DNA of 64,000 nt. Origin: Octopus sinensis (lineage: Eukaryota). The stretch spans positions 31,868,001 to 31,932,000 of the forward strand of contig NC_043004.1 in the NCBI RefSeq assembly GCF_006345805.1. Direction: 5' to 3'. Position 1 is the stretch's first letter; each line of letters starts with the position of its first letter. A model generated the notes under the pieces. It was not told the origin of the DNA, made no database searches, and saw only the letters and a list, made by a program, of their open reading frames with translations. The position numbers and the translations under genes are program-made. This document shows, one piece after another, positions 39,259 through 51,833 of this stretch.

Positions 39259-41388
39259 GTATTTAGAACCAACCTATAATTCAGGCTTCACTATGGAAGT
39301 TAAAGTTTGTTTCACAACGAATCCTCAAGATTTCTGGTGCCAGTCATCTGATTCCTATGGTCTTGATAGCTTAATGAATCAGTTGCAGATTTACCAAGAT
39401 GATGATATCATCCCAACTGCAGAGATCTATGTAGGATTACCATGCCTTGCCAAATACAGTGAAGATGGTGCTCTTTATCGAGCTGAGGTTGTCTCAGTCA
39501 ATGTTGCCTCATCATCTGTAGAGGTGATTTTCTGTGATTATGGTAATATTGAGTCAGTAATGATCACTGAGTTGATACCAATTCCAGAATGCTTCATGAT
39601 TCTCCCAAAACAGGCTTTGCACTGTAGTTTAGCTGACGTATCTCCAAAAGGTGACAGTTACTGGGATGAAGATATGTGTACTGGTTTTGAAGAGATTGTT
39701 TCTGAAAAGGTGTTTACCATGTCAGTTCTGGCTGAAATGGCTAACAGTGTTTATATGGTCAACTTAAAAGATGGTAATGACAAACTTCTTCAAGAAATTC
39801 TGATTGAGTGTGACATGGCCTCAGGCCTCACAGCACAAATGTTTAGTGAATGTGGAGAAAGTAATTCAGATCTTCAGTCAGCAAATCATCCAGTAACAGA
39901 CAACAAATCACAAGATACTGATTCTCCAGGCGATGATGAATCACAAGATCTTCCTCTCTTGATGCTGAGCCCTCAGAAACTGAATCAAATGCATATATGT
40001 CCCCAGAAACTGAAGCAGTTACATCTATGTCTCCAGAAATTGAAGCAGTTACATCTATGTCTCCAGAAACTGAAGCGGTTACATCTTTGTCCCCAGAAAC
40101 TGAAGCGGTTACATCTATGTCCCCAGAAACTGAAGCAGTTACATCTATGTCCCCCAAAACTGAAGCAGTTACATCTATGTCCCCAGAAACTGAAGCAGTT
40201 ACATCTATACCTCCAGAAACTGAAGCCGTTACATCTATGTCCCCAGAAACTGAAGCCGTTACATCTATGTCCCCAGAAACTGAAGCCGTTACATCTATGT
40301 CCCCAGAAACGCAAGCAGTTACATCTATGCCTCCAGAAACTGAAGCAGTCACGCCTATATCCCCTGAAGGTGAAGCAGTTACATCTGTGTCCTCTGAAGT
40401 TGAAGCAGTCATGTCTGTGACCCAAGAAACTGAATCAACCCTTCAGCGTACAGCTGTGAAAATGACAGAAAATGAAGATTCTGATTTGGATGTCTACCAA
40501 GATACTTTTGATGACTTTGACATTCCAAACTCTTCAATTAATCCTGACAGATGTAATCTAGAGAATTCAAGCACTGACAACAGTGAAAGCATGAAGAAGA
40601 GTAATGACAACCCAGCATTCCAAGATGACACCACAATAACCAAACAATTCCCTGATGACCAAAATGTGGTCATTACGGCCTCTGAAAACTGTCCAGCTGA
40701 TCAAAATGAAAATGATCTCAATGAAAGAATCAGTTCAAAGTTTACCAAAGAGAACCTTCCAGATGTCAATATGACAGACAACAGTGATTTCAACAGCAAC
40801 GTAATTAGTTCTTCCCAAATTCAAACCACTGCTTTCATTGATGAAGGTAAAACAGCAGAGTCTTCCACAAACCATCATGCTGAAAATGACCTTCCTGCTG
40901 AAATTGAAACAAATCGTTCATTGGATGTATTTGATTGCAATCCTAGTGAATGGGAAGAATTAGATCAAGGTTTAAGTACTAGTCTCGTGTCAAACTGCTT
41001 GATAAAACCCAAAGACACTGTCCCTTGTTCTGATTCTAAAACAGAAAATACTTTGAATCCATTCGAGGATTGCCAGACATTTAATCTGAAGCCATCTTTA
41101 GGTGATATGGCAGGAGACCCTCTATTGTCATTCCTTGATTGGAACATGGAGATCAGCAACCGTATCAAAGTTAGATTATTGAATTTCATTGCACCAGATG
41201 ACTTTTATGTGACCCCTTCAGATGATTCTGATGACTATTTGCAATTGTCCATTGCAATGAAAGACTGTGTAGATACACTAGAGCCTTTCTCTGATATGGA
41301 TGATATAATTGGATTACCATGTCTTGCAGAAATTGAAAATTCATGGCAACGAGGAATTATTAAATCTAATGATAACAATGCAATAAAT
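39259..41388 (+). CDS. Multi-Tudor protein exon (eTudor 9, acidic repeat linker, start of eTudor 10); needs a -1 frame change near 39950
   Basis: The entry frame (ORF 39293-40420) encodes PCLAKYSEDGALYRAEV..CDYGN. The exit frame (ORF 39997-41445) encodes APDDFYV..PCLAEIENSWQRG up to the donor AAT|GTAAGT at 41389. Confidence 0.88.
39997..40434 (+). repeat. 30-bp coding minisatellite, 14 full copies plus a partial (MSPETEAVTS)n
   Basis: Unit atgtccccagaaactgaagcagttacatct, directly visible. Confidence 0.97.
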
Positions 41389-42869
41389 GTAAGTCAATTT
41401 CGCTTTTTTCTTTATTGTTTTGTTTTACTTCTGTATATTTTTTAATTGAATGATTCCTTGATGTCACCAACCTCTGTGGTTAAATCTAATAAATTGACTG
41501 CTTAAGTTTTGGTTAATTTTCAGTATATAGTTAAGATATTAGAAACACTTAGATTAATATTAGTAACTTTATGTATTGGTATATATTATACCTTTGTTGA
41601 TGAATTGGAACCCAATGCTGGCTTTAGATGAAAAGTGACTGAAGACTATTTCACTCGTGAGGACACTCCTAAAAGACCTATTTTGAGGCTCTAGGTTTTA
41701 GCCTGATACAGTAAATGCAGCACTACTGGAATTTCATATTTGATGTTGTAATGAGACTTTGAAGAAGACTTAAACTCTTTAAGATGAGGCATCTGTAGGT
41801 GAGTGAGCTGATATTAAGGCTTAAAGTATGGCTCTTTCAATTGAATGATCTCTCTATCATGAACTACTTTATGCAAAGTACTGGGTGTGGCAAAAAATCC
41901 ACCCAATATTACAGGTTGAAAAATGTTCTAACAGCAAATACATGATGTGCACTGTTCCAAACCATGGTGTGCACTGTTCCAAACCATGGTAGAAACTGGG
42001 GAAAAAAGTCAAACATTTGCTACATGAAGTCATCATTACTGTCTGCCTAATTACACTAATTAATATGCATTGAAACGAGTGGTAGGTTTTTCTACTGCAT
42101 TCTATGTAGCTGTTGACAGCTGAATACTTTCACATTACTCTCTTTCTCACACAGTCTTCCATCACATCACTATATTTGCTCTTCATCATTCTTGAGCTGA
42201 GACAACACTGGATAGAGAAGACTCTTTACTCTTGCTGGGAGTTGGTCATCTTTATGATGGTGTCTCGATAAAATTGCAAACTCTATGAAATGGTTGAAGA
42301 GTGGAACAGTATCTAACTGCTGAATCCATGACAAAAAATGTCATGTGTGCGTGAGACTTGGCCCTATTAAGGAGGACAGCAGATTCAAACAATGACAATA
42401 AAGTCTGTGGAGTCAGAGAAATTAAAATCAGTTTCATTTGTTGCCATTCCTTGTTAATAAATCATCATCTAGCTTTGTACTTTCAAAGACAAGTTGAATG
42501 AGCACTGCCTTATTTGAAGAACAGGTAAGGATTAGTGACAGAAAGGCATCTGGTTGTAAAACAAAGCCCAAAATATGTATTCATCAGACCCATGCTAGCA
42601 TGGTAAAACGGATGTAAAGCTAACAAATATAAGTCCAGATATATTTTAATAAATTTTTAAATGTATTAATTGAAGTCCAAGTAATGTAGTTATTAGAAAT
42701 CTAGTTATGAAGGAGCTAAATCTACTGGTATTGTACTATTCTTCCATTGTAGAATCTTTTACTTTATGTCGGTTGACCTAACTGTAAGAAATAGGTAACA
42801 AATCATCTGGGAGTGTAACTTTGATACTTGTCCAGAAAAACATCACATGTACTTGATATTATTATAAAC

Positions 42870-43068
42870 CAGGGATGGGCAACTTTTCCTCAACTGGGGG
42901 CCGCATTGTACCATTTCCAAGTGGGAGAGGGCCACATGGTAAAACATAGATGCATGAAATATTGCCCATGTTACACTGAATTTTCTGTAGTTATTCTTAA
43001 TTTTATTTGTCTTAGTATGAAATTAGTAACCTAAAAACTCGTTGAGGGCCTCAGGTTGCCCATGCATG
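42870..43068. mobile_element. hAT-type MITE with a perfect 8-bp TSD
   Basis: TIRs CAGGGATGGGCAAC / GTTGCCCATGCATG, flanked by ttataaac at 42862-42869 and 43069-43076. Confidence 0.88.
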
Positions 43069-43452
43069 TTATAAACTCAGGTTGTGTGCATACCCATATA
43101 ATTGCCATGAGGTTGAGGTGGTATTTATACTTTTATGAGTAGTGCTCAGTATTTCTGACTTTTGTCTTAGAGGCCTGGCTTTGGTTTCCTGCATGGAAAC
43201 TCTTTATATTGTGTTTCTGACTACACCAATGCTGATGAAACCCATCTGGCTTGATATTCTGTTTCTTTGATTGTTAGAACTGTTTTTTTTTTTCTTCTTC
43301 AAGTAGTTCTAACTCTAATATTGTTTGATGTTGATGCCTCAGCATAAGGCCAGCTGGAACCTGTAAGTGTGATATATAATTCCTTTTTAATTACACTTTT
43401 AACCACATACACACACAATGTAATATATTGTGTATGACAAGATGCTCATTAG

Positions 43453-43677
43453 GAGGCAAGCTGGCAGAAACGTTAGCAGGCCGGCCAAAACGCTTAGCGG
43501 TATTTCATCTATCTTTACGTTCTGAGTTCAAATTCCGCTGAGGCCGACTTTGCCTTTCATCCTTTCAAGGTCGATAAATTAAGTACCAGTTACGCACTGG
43601 AGTCGATGTAATTAACTTCATCCTTTTGTCCTTGTTTGTCCCCTCTGTGTTTAGCCCTGTGTGGGCAATAAAGAAAT
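43453..43677 (+). mobile_element. tRNA-derived SINE, family B, full length with 14-bp TSD
   Basis: gagttcaaattcc B-box-like motif; TSD aagatgctcattag at 43439-43452 and 43678-43691. Confidence 0.88.
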
Positions 43678-44561
43678 AAGATGCTCATTAGTAATTATTA
43701 TTTGTAACTATCATTAGACAGACATATGCCCCCCCCCCATATATATATATACACATACACAATAGACTTCCTTCAGTGTATCCCTACCAAAATCCATTCA
43801 CCAGGCTTTGGCCAGCCTGGGGCTGCATTGGAAGACATTTGTTCAAGGTACCATGCAGTGGGATTGAATCCAGACTAAAACCACATGACTGGAAAGTGTA
43901 CTTCTTAACCATCCCGTTGTTGGCACCTTTGGCAAGTGTCTTCTACTAAAACCCTAAGTCAACCAAGTCCTTGTCAGTGGATTTGGTGGATGAAGTTGAA
44001 AGAAGTCTGTTGTGTGTTTGAGTCTCCTTGTCTTGACATTTTATGAGATTGTAAGTTAGTCACTGCTTTATAAAGGTGTCCTTCATTTCCAGTCTGTTTG
44101 AAAACATATCTGGCCATAGGGAAATATTATTTTGGAAAACAGGTGATGGTTGGCTACAAAAAGGGTATCTGGGTATCTGTTCATAGAAAATTTACCTCAA
44201 CAAATGCCATTTGACCTGTACAAACAGAAAACTGGACATAAGTGATGTGTGTATGTATATACACATATAGTTTCCATATGCCAAATACAAAATATTGTAT
44301 GTGATAAAAGACACTCAAGGTTCCATATAGGTGTAAGTGTTATTGTAGGTTTTATTATGTCACCATCTCACTATTGAGCAATGAGTTAATTAGATGCTAT
44401 ACCATACTTAATGTAAATAAACCTAGAAATTCTAATATACGTTACTATGGTCAACAGGAACAGTGGGGACAACTCTTAGTATTTAAATTAAAAATAAACT
44501 GCATTGAAGAGTGATTGCATATATCTGTCTTGCCTTGATTTTCTTGAAATCTTTGTTTCAG

Positions 44562-44727
44562 GTGTTTTTTGTAGACATCGGTAAAGAATTATGTATGGAA
44601 AAATCAGTACTGAGAAAATGTCCTCCATCCTTGTACAAACCACCTGCAATGTCTATCCACTGCTTCTTAGTTGATGTTCTACCCTTAAACAGTTCTTGGA
44701 GCACCACAGCATTTGAAATCTTTAAAG
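44562..44727 (+). CDS. Multi-Tudor protein exon (eTudor 10 core)
   Basis: VFFVDIGKE..PPAMSIHCFLVDVLP..WS; tttcAG acceptor (phase 0) and G|GTAGCT donor (phase 1). Confidence 0.9.
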
Positions 44728-44834
44728 GTAGCTATCTTACTATCACACAATTTTATTTTAAAGCAAAAATATTTTCAGAAACATTTTTTTTCTTTTTTCT
44801 TCTTTCATTATTGTACGGTTGGGCAAACTGGGAC

Positions 44835-45112
44835 AAGCAGTGTCTTCAGTAAGGTTTGAACTCGTAACCCGCATACTTTTTTAGCGTATAGGTTCCTCAC
44901 CTGGACAGGACACCAGTCCGTTGCAGGTGAGCTGCAAGATGCAGGAGGAAAGAGTGAGAGAAAGTTGTGGCGAAAGAATTTCGTCATTACCTTCTGCTGG
45001 AGCCGCATGGAACTTAGGTGTTTCGCTCATAAACACACACATCACCCAGTCTGAGAGTCGAACCTGCGATCCCTCGACCGTGAGTCCGCTGCTCTAACCA
45101 CTAGGCCATGTG
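44835..45112 (-). mobile_element. tRNA-derived SINE, family C
   Basis: Minus strand shows tggcctagtggttag (A box), ggttcgactc (B box) and a body motif ctgcaacggactggtgtcctgtccagg. Confidence 0.75.
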
Positions 45113-45169
45113 ATGAATATGGCCTAGTTTTACACAACTGAGGACAGTGGTGTAAAGAGGTGCCAATCT

Positions 45170-45760
45170 CTAACCCTGACCCTAACTGTAGAGGGAACCT
45201 GAGGAAGAGGTAAACCAAGGAAGACATGGGACAAGGTGGTAAAGCATGATCTTCGATCGTTGGGCCTAACAGAGGCAGTGATAAATAGAATAATATAAAG
45301 CAAGTTTGAATTTTAACCATTGTCCCTGAAAAGAGTGTCATATATATATGTATGTGTGTATGCCATGCTTGAGAAAACCTGTTAAGCCATGTGAAACCAT
45401 AGTCATGGCCAATGCTAGTGTCATGTAACAGGGACCTGTGCCGGTAACACACAAAAAGCACCCGTTGAACATTGAGCCTCACAGAGGCAATGATAAGTGA
45501 GCAAGACCTTTGGCAGTATGCTGTGCTTGAAAAGACTCAAGCCAAGTGAAAGCATAGCTATGACTGATGCTGGTGTTATGTAACTGGCATCTGTGGCAGT
45601 GGCACATAAAAGCCACTCTTGGAGTGGTTGGCATTAGAAAGGGCATCCAGCTGTAGAAACCATGTAAAATCAGACTGGAACCTGTTGCAGGTCACCAGCT
45701 TACCACTTTCAGTCAAACCATCTAACCCATGCCAGCATGGAAAGCAGATACTAACTGATG
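45170..45760 (+). mobile_element. Degraded RTE ORF end plus 3' UTR
   Basis: gaggtaaaccaaggaagacatgggacaaggtggtaaagcatgatct ([15 protein letters not shown]-like) followed by tail motifs. Confidence 0.75.
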
Positions 45761-47379
45761 ATGAATAAAGAGAAGCTTTTTTGAAATATACATTGCTTAA
45801 CTCTTTAGCATTTCAAAAGGTTATATCCAGCCCAAATATTGTCCTGATGTTCCAAATGGCCAAATCCAGCTTCTCACACCTACTCTACAATGTCATTCTA
45901 AAAATGATATTGTAGGGTAAAATACATTGTTGGATAAAATAAACAATCACATCATTGAAATCTCTAAGCTATAGGATAATTCATGATAAAGAAAATGTAA
46001 ATAAATAAGCATTACATTTGACTGAGTAATCTGAATGTTAAAGGGTTAATAGTCTTAAAAATATTTACTTAGTTTACACACTACAATGCTTCGAGCAGAT
46101 TACAATATTATTTTGTTATAAGTATTTGAGTGAATTTTAGTTACCAACATCTAAAACAAATGTATGGCTGTGCACTTTCTGTTACTAATCTCTTTTCATA
46201 CAATTTGTTGCTAGTTCAAAATATATTTTATATAATGTGGCAGAGTTGGTTAAGAAGATTGATTCCCAACCACTAATTTTGAGTTCAGTCCCACTCAGTG
46301 GCATTTTGGAAAAGTGTCTTTTAATATAGCCCTGGGCTAACCAGTCTTGGTGAGTGAGTTTGGTAGATGGAAATAGTAAGAAGCAATAGCATGTGTGTTG
46401 TGTCCCCTTGTCTTGACATCATGTGACAGTTGTAAATGAGCCTCACTGTCTTAAAAATAGTGCTGTTTGCTTCCAATCTTCTGTGAAAACGTCCAAGTAT
46501 TGCTTGGAAGCAGGTAAGAGTTGATGATGCAAATGTGGAAAAGTAGATGTTAAAATGATGATTACAGTGTGTGAATATATATATATATAACAATTGCAGC
46601 ATGGAAGGTGTTTATAAGCCATTTAAGAAACACACAAAACCGTTAGATTCACTTCAACATTTAAATTTAATTTGTCAAAATATTTTCGTCGTTTTGAGAC
46701 TGCGACCTGTTCACTAACAAAATTCCGTGCTGCATCTGAGAAAGTAACTGTTAGTTCATGATATATATATGTAATATGTGTGTGTGTATGTATGTATTCA
46801 TGTTTGTATGTATATATGTATGTGTGCATGCCTATACGCATGTATGTATGTACTTACGTATGTATGTGAGTATTTAGGAGAGTGTGTAGACGTGTCTGTG
46901 TGTGTGTACATGTGAACGTATGTTTATGTAATGATATGTGTCAGTTCAAGTTGTATATATGACTGTTACCTTGTTGAAGGTTGTATATATACACACATAT
47001 ATACATTTATATAGACACACACACACGTGTGTGTGTGCGTTTATCCTTCTCACCTCCGGCTAACAGTGAATGGATACGTCTAAGATACAAAGATGCTCAT
47101 ATAACCTTATACATATATACAAGTACACACAATCATATAGACACTTACACATACTCACAAATATACGTATAATCTTAAAGTATACACACATATACGCTCA
47201 TCCATCTCTACATACATACACACACACACATACATATATATATGACACTCTTTTCAGGGACAATGGTTAAAATTCAAACTTGCTTTATATTATTCTATTT
47301 ATCTTTTTTTTTTTACATGCATACATATATATATTTACACACACACACACATATATACATCTACACATACGTACGTACA

Positions 47380-48720
47380 TATCAAACCTGGTTTGATGGG
47401 TCTTTTCAAGCATGGCATATTGCCAAAGGTCTTGGTTACTTGTCATTGCCACCATGATGTCCAGCGCTTGGAAGGGGTCTTTTATGTTCCACTGGCATGG
47501 GTGCTAGTTATGCAATGCCAGCATCAGCCATATTGCCTCCATGAGGTCCAACGCTCAGAAGATGCTTTTTACATGCCACCAGCATGGGTGCCACTCACAT
47601 GACACTGACAATAACCACAGCTATGATTTCACTTGACTTGACAGGTCTTTCAAGCAGGGCATATCGCCAAAGGTCTCAGTCACTAGCCATTGCCTCCGTG
47701 AGGCCCAACGTTTAAAGATCATGCTTCACCACTTCATCCCATGTCTTCCTGGGTCTACCTTTTCCACAGCTTCCTTCCACTGGTAAACATCGACACTTCT
47801 TCACACAACTGTCCACATCCATATGAATCACATGACCATACCTATGCAGTTGCCTCTTATGCCCAGCTTTTCTCAAGACACCTACACCCTGCCATACATG
47901 CACACTGACATTACACATCCAGCGAAGCATACTGGCTTTATTTCTTTCAAGCTTACGCATGTCCACAGCTGTTACAGCCCATGTTTCACTGCTGTGTAAT
48001 ATTGCTGTTTGTACACAGGCATCATACAATCTGCCTTTCACTCTGAGAAAGAGGCCCTAAATTACCAACAGAGCTAGGAGCTCTCTGAACTTTGCCCAAC
48101 TTATTCTTATTCTAGCAGCTATGCTCTTGGATCATCCACCCCTGCTACTGACTTAGATAACGAAGCTATCAACTACTTCTAGCTTTCCCCTCTGGCATTT
48201 AATGGAGTCTATTTCCTGCATATTTCTAATGTTAATTGTACATGTGCACCTATCACACAAAAGCTATTTTCCCTGTTAACCTACTTCTGATATTGCTACA
48301 CCTCTTATGTGTCCATAGCCTACACCTGGTACATCTTATGGAGTTTCTACCTACACCTTTTCTACAGATCAAGTAGGGCTCTCTACCTGCAGGGATTTGT
48401 GATTTGTCTGCTTTCCTACTTGCTATGACTTTGGTTTTTGATAGATTAACTGTAAGGCCCTTTGATTCTAAACCTTGCTCCCACACCTGAAATTTCTTTA
48501 GTTCTGGAACTGCTTCAGCTATGAGAACAAGGTCACCAGCATAGAGGAACTTCCAGAAGTCTGTCTTAAACTCCTCTGTTATTTCCTGGAGGATTATGAT
48601 GAACAAGAGGGGGCTGAAGAATGATCCTTGGTGAACCCCTACTTGTACCCCGAATTCATCACTATACTCATTACCAACCCTCACTTTACTCACCAACACT
48701 TCTTTGATAGTTTTTATCAT
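47380..48720 (-). mobile_element. 5'-truncated, degraded RTE LINE
   Basis: ORFs 48253-48765 (VGVHQGS..SPLLF..LYAGD) and 47712-48041 are homologous to 59600-61300. Confidence 0.9.
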
Positions 48721-48839
48721 TAATATGCTTCCATCCAACAGCATGGCATCTAATGTGACCACCACAACCCTTTTTCTATCTTATTTTTCTTAATCCTCTC
48801 TTACGTATTCCAAATATCTTTCTTATTTCATTGTTAAAG

Positions 48840-49049
48840 AATTTACTGACAGTGAGCAGCTTGAGATGAGAATTGATGTGAAGTCTTCAACGAAATATGG
48901 TGTGTACCTTTACAAGGAAGCTGATGATGACAACTTGAATGACCGTTTGATTGATTTGGGTCACGCCATTGCTGAACCTGGCTCCAAACTGGAAGCAAAC
49001 CGTGAAATTGAGCAGACACTGTTAGACCCACACCGGACATCACATATGG
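48840..49049 (+). CDS. Multi-Tudor protein exon (end of eTudor 10)
   Basis: Acceptor ttgttaaAG at 48839 gives K-E-FTDSEQLEMRIDVK..LNDRLIDLGHA; donor G|GTTAGT (phase 1). Confidence 0.85.
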
Positions 49050-51603
49050 GTTAGTTATTCTTTTCATATTTCTTAATTTTGCCTGCTTTTCCTGTTAATT
49101 CAGACACTGGAAAGTTGATTGCTAGGATACCACCTCAATGGTGCAAGTCTCTTTCTCTGGGGAAGATACTTATACTGTCAACTACTAATGCTGCCATCCT
49201 TCTACTATAGCAGTGGTGGGTACTAATCACACACCAGAATCAGAACTTGGGACATAGATGAGTATAACCATGTTCATCTACTCCTTGTTACATTATGTAA
49301 AGAATTTGGACAACAGAAGAAGAAAAAAAGATTTTATGCGTCATGTATTGAAGACAGTTTTGAGTACATGCAGTAAGGCGGGTTAGACAGATTGACTCAC
49401 CACAGCTATGGAGTCCTATCTACTCCTTTCTGAGATGTTCCAGCAACAATTGGTGATCCATCACTGCTAAAGTGGTCTTTTAGTGTACTTGTTTATCATG
49501 TCAATATATTTTTTGTGTTCCTGCTCAATATTGTTAGAAAGTTGTTAATACTAAGCTTGTTTCATCATGCTTCTAAGAGATTTTGTTTTTGTCCAACTGG
49601 GACTTAGCAATCCTTCAGAATACTCTTTTCTGAGTGGTAGCAGTAGTGCTGTCACTGACAACCCACCTATGTAATAAGTTGTACTGAGTTACATTGGTAA
49701 CAGGTACACCCATCTATACAAACAGAGCACCTTGAAATATACATACAAGTGTATGTGTATGTTTACATGTGTGTGTAGTGTTGACTGGAATCTTTAAATA
49801 ATCCTGTTCTTTTCCATTCACAAGAATCAATACAAGATTTGGTTTTTCTTTTAAATGTTTTTTGCTTTTTCATTTTTGCTTTTCAGGCCATAGTGTATTC
49901 TGGACTTATCAAATGTTTTTTTTTATTTAAATAATTTTTTTTTTAAATAGTAGAGTTTGATTTGGTGAGATTTTACTACATTTTCTATCAAGTAGAATTA
50001 GCAGTGCTTGCTTAAAATATTTGTTCTTGGTTGATATTGCTTGATTAGTTTTACAAGTTTAGGTTTTTGTGAGAATTGTTGCATTCTGACATATATCTGA
50101 ACTTTGAAATAAAACCTGACATTTCCATGATGAACTACTTACCTGCGAACAAGTGGAAGTGATGTTCTTATCTTTTTATTTTCAGCCAGGGACACTGAGG
50201 CAGTCATGATAATGTCATTTTACCTGAAAAGAAGACACAATAACTTGAGGGATATAAATTCATTTTCTGCTATAACTGAGGTTGTAATCCATACTGAAAT
50301 AACTATGATCAATTAGCTCATTTGTTTATTAGAGCAAAAGTTAATACTCCAAAAGCAATTTTAAACTCTCCAAGTGAAACAGGTTCAAGGATTCAGTATT
50401 CAATCATTTGGTTTAACAGGAATTCACTATTACTCATTTTGCTGCCATTCTATTAAAATCACCAACTTTCAGCCTTTAGTCATTTTGTGGTACTGACCAC
50501 CATTCAAATTACATAAATAAGATGGCTAGCTCATTTATATAACAGCGCTACCTTCTGTCAGACTGCAGTCTTAGAAATATAAATTAATCAAATTGAAAAT
50601 GTTGGCTATTACGCACACAGACATCCCCTTTCAGTAGTATTAGATGACATCTGGTTCTAAAAGAAATTTAACCCTTTTTATGCTAATCCACCTGAGACCG
50701 CCCCTTGTTTTAAATGATGTCAAAGACTTCCGTTAAACCCATTAATTTATGTTCTAAACACCAGCTTCATAATGAAACAGCAAATTTTAATAAATTCTTC
50801 ATTATTTTAAAAATACATTGAATCAAAGTGTATTTCAACAGAAATATGGGAATAAAAAATGTTTGTATACCTAACCATGTCACCCAAAATTGAGTCTTTG
50901 GAACCACTTCATAAAGGTTTTGAGTGAGGTTCATGTCAAAATAGGAAAGAATTACAGGTGAGAGGTGTCAGTTGTATCAACTGACCATGTAAAAACAATT
51001 GTTTTAACAAAATCTACCTTACAGATGTTAGACTGGAAAAATGAATGTATAGCATATGTATATATGAGTGTGTGCATGTATATATCTTATGACATATATA
51101 TCTATGTGTGTGTGTGTGTGTGTGTATTAATTTCTTTATCTACAGGTTTTGGACCAAGATACTTTTGAGGTCAACTGGTATTAACATGAGGACTACCAAC
51201 ATTTTGGGTGTTTTCTTTTTTGTTTTTCTCCAAAGATTGCATTAGTTTGGTGTTTATTTTTTTGTTTGTGTGTATTCAGTTTTATTTTTTGTATTTTGTT
51301 TGTTATATGTTGTTGTTTTATGTTTTTGTTTGTTTTTTCTGCATGCATTGCTGCACAAGGAATGAGACCAGCCAAAATGGCATTTTGGTTATAAATAGGA
51401 AGTTTACTATGAATTTAAATGCATGACTTAGCGGAGTTTTCACATTAAGAACACCCCCGTTCCCTACCAACAATTGGCTGTATAGAGCCCCTTGGCAAAA
51501 AATGCTGTCTTTTAAAGGCCTCATGATATTGTGAATTATAATTAGCTTCTATCAGTTTAAACATTAAAAAGTTATGTGTAATTTGCATTGTTATGCTGTA
51601 GTC

Positions 51604-51833
51604 CAGTGGTTCTCAGATGAGGTGCAAATAAAATTTTAAAATCTATCTGCTATAAATTGGTTATGCTTCTACAATGTACAAAATATTTTAACATTTTTTT
51701 TTTTCTTAACGATTCCTGATGATATTTAATTATAAAAATATGATTTTTTAAACATTGAATGGCTCGGAGGGTACATCCAAGTAAAATAGGAATCAAAGGG
51801 ATTCCATAGATAAAAAGTGATTGGGAAACACTG
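51604..51833. mobile_element. hAT/Charlie-like MITE (degenerate)
   Basis: Termini CAGTGGTTCTCA / TGGGAAACACTG; TSD only partially matching. Confidence 0.5.

Noticed and set aside
40153-40159. C_CCA_AAA slippery heptamer as a programmed -1 frameshift site
   Set aside because: It occurs in only one repeat unit, I see no stimulatory structure, and silent variation in upstream units already favours the acidic frame.
39843-40425. Minus-strand ORFs (DVTASVSGDI)n and (GHRCNCFSFW)n
   Set aside because: Antisense shadows of the stop-free 30-bp repeat, with no independent gene signals.
51146-51177. Acceptor tctacAG with a short exon (GFGPRYF* or VLDQDTFEVN)
   Set aside because: Phase-1 entry hits a stop after 7 codons and no compatible neighbouring exon supports the other phase.
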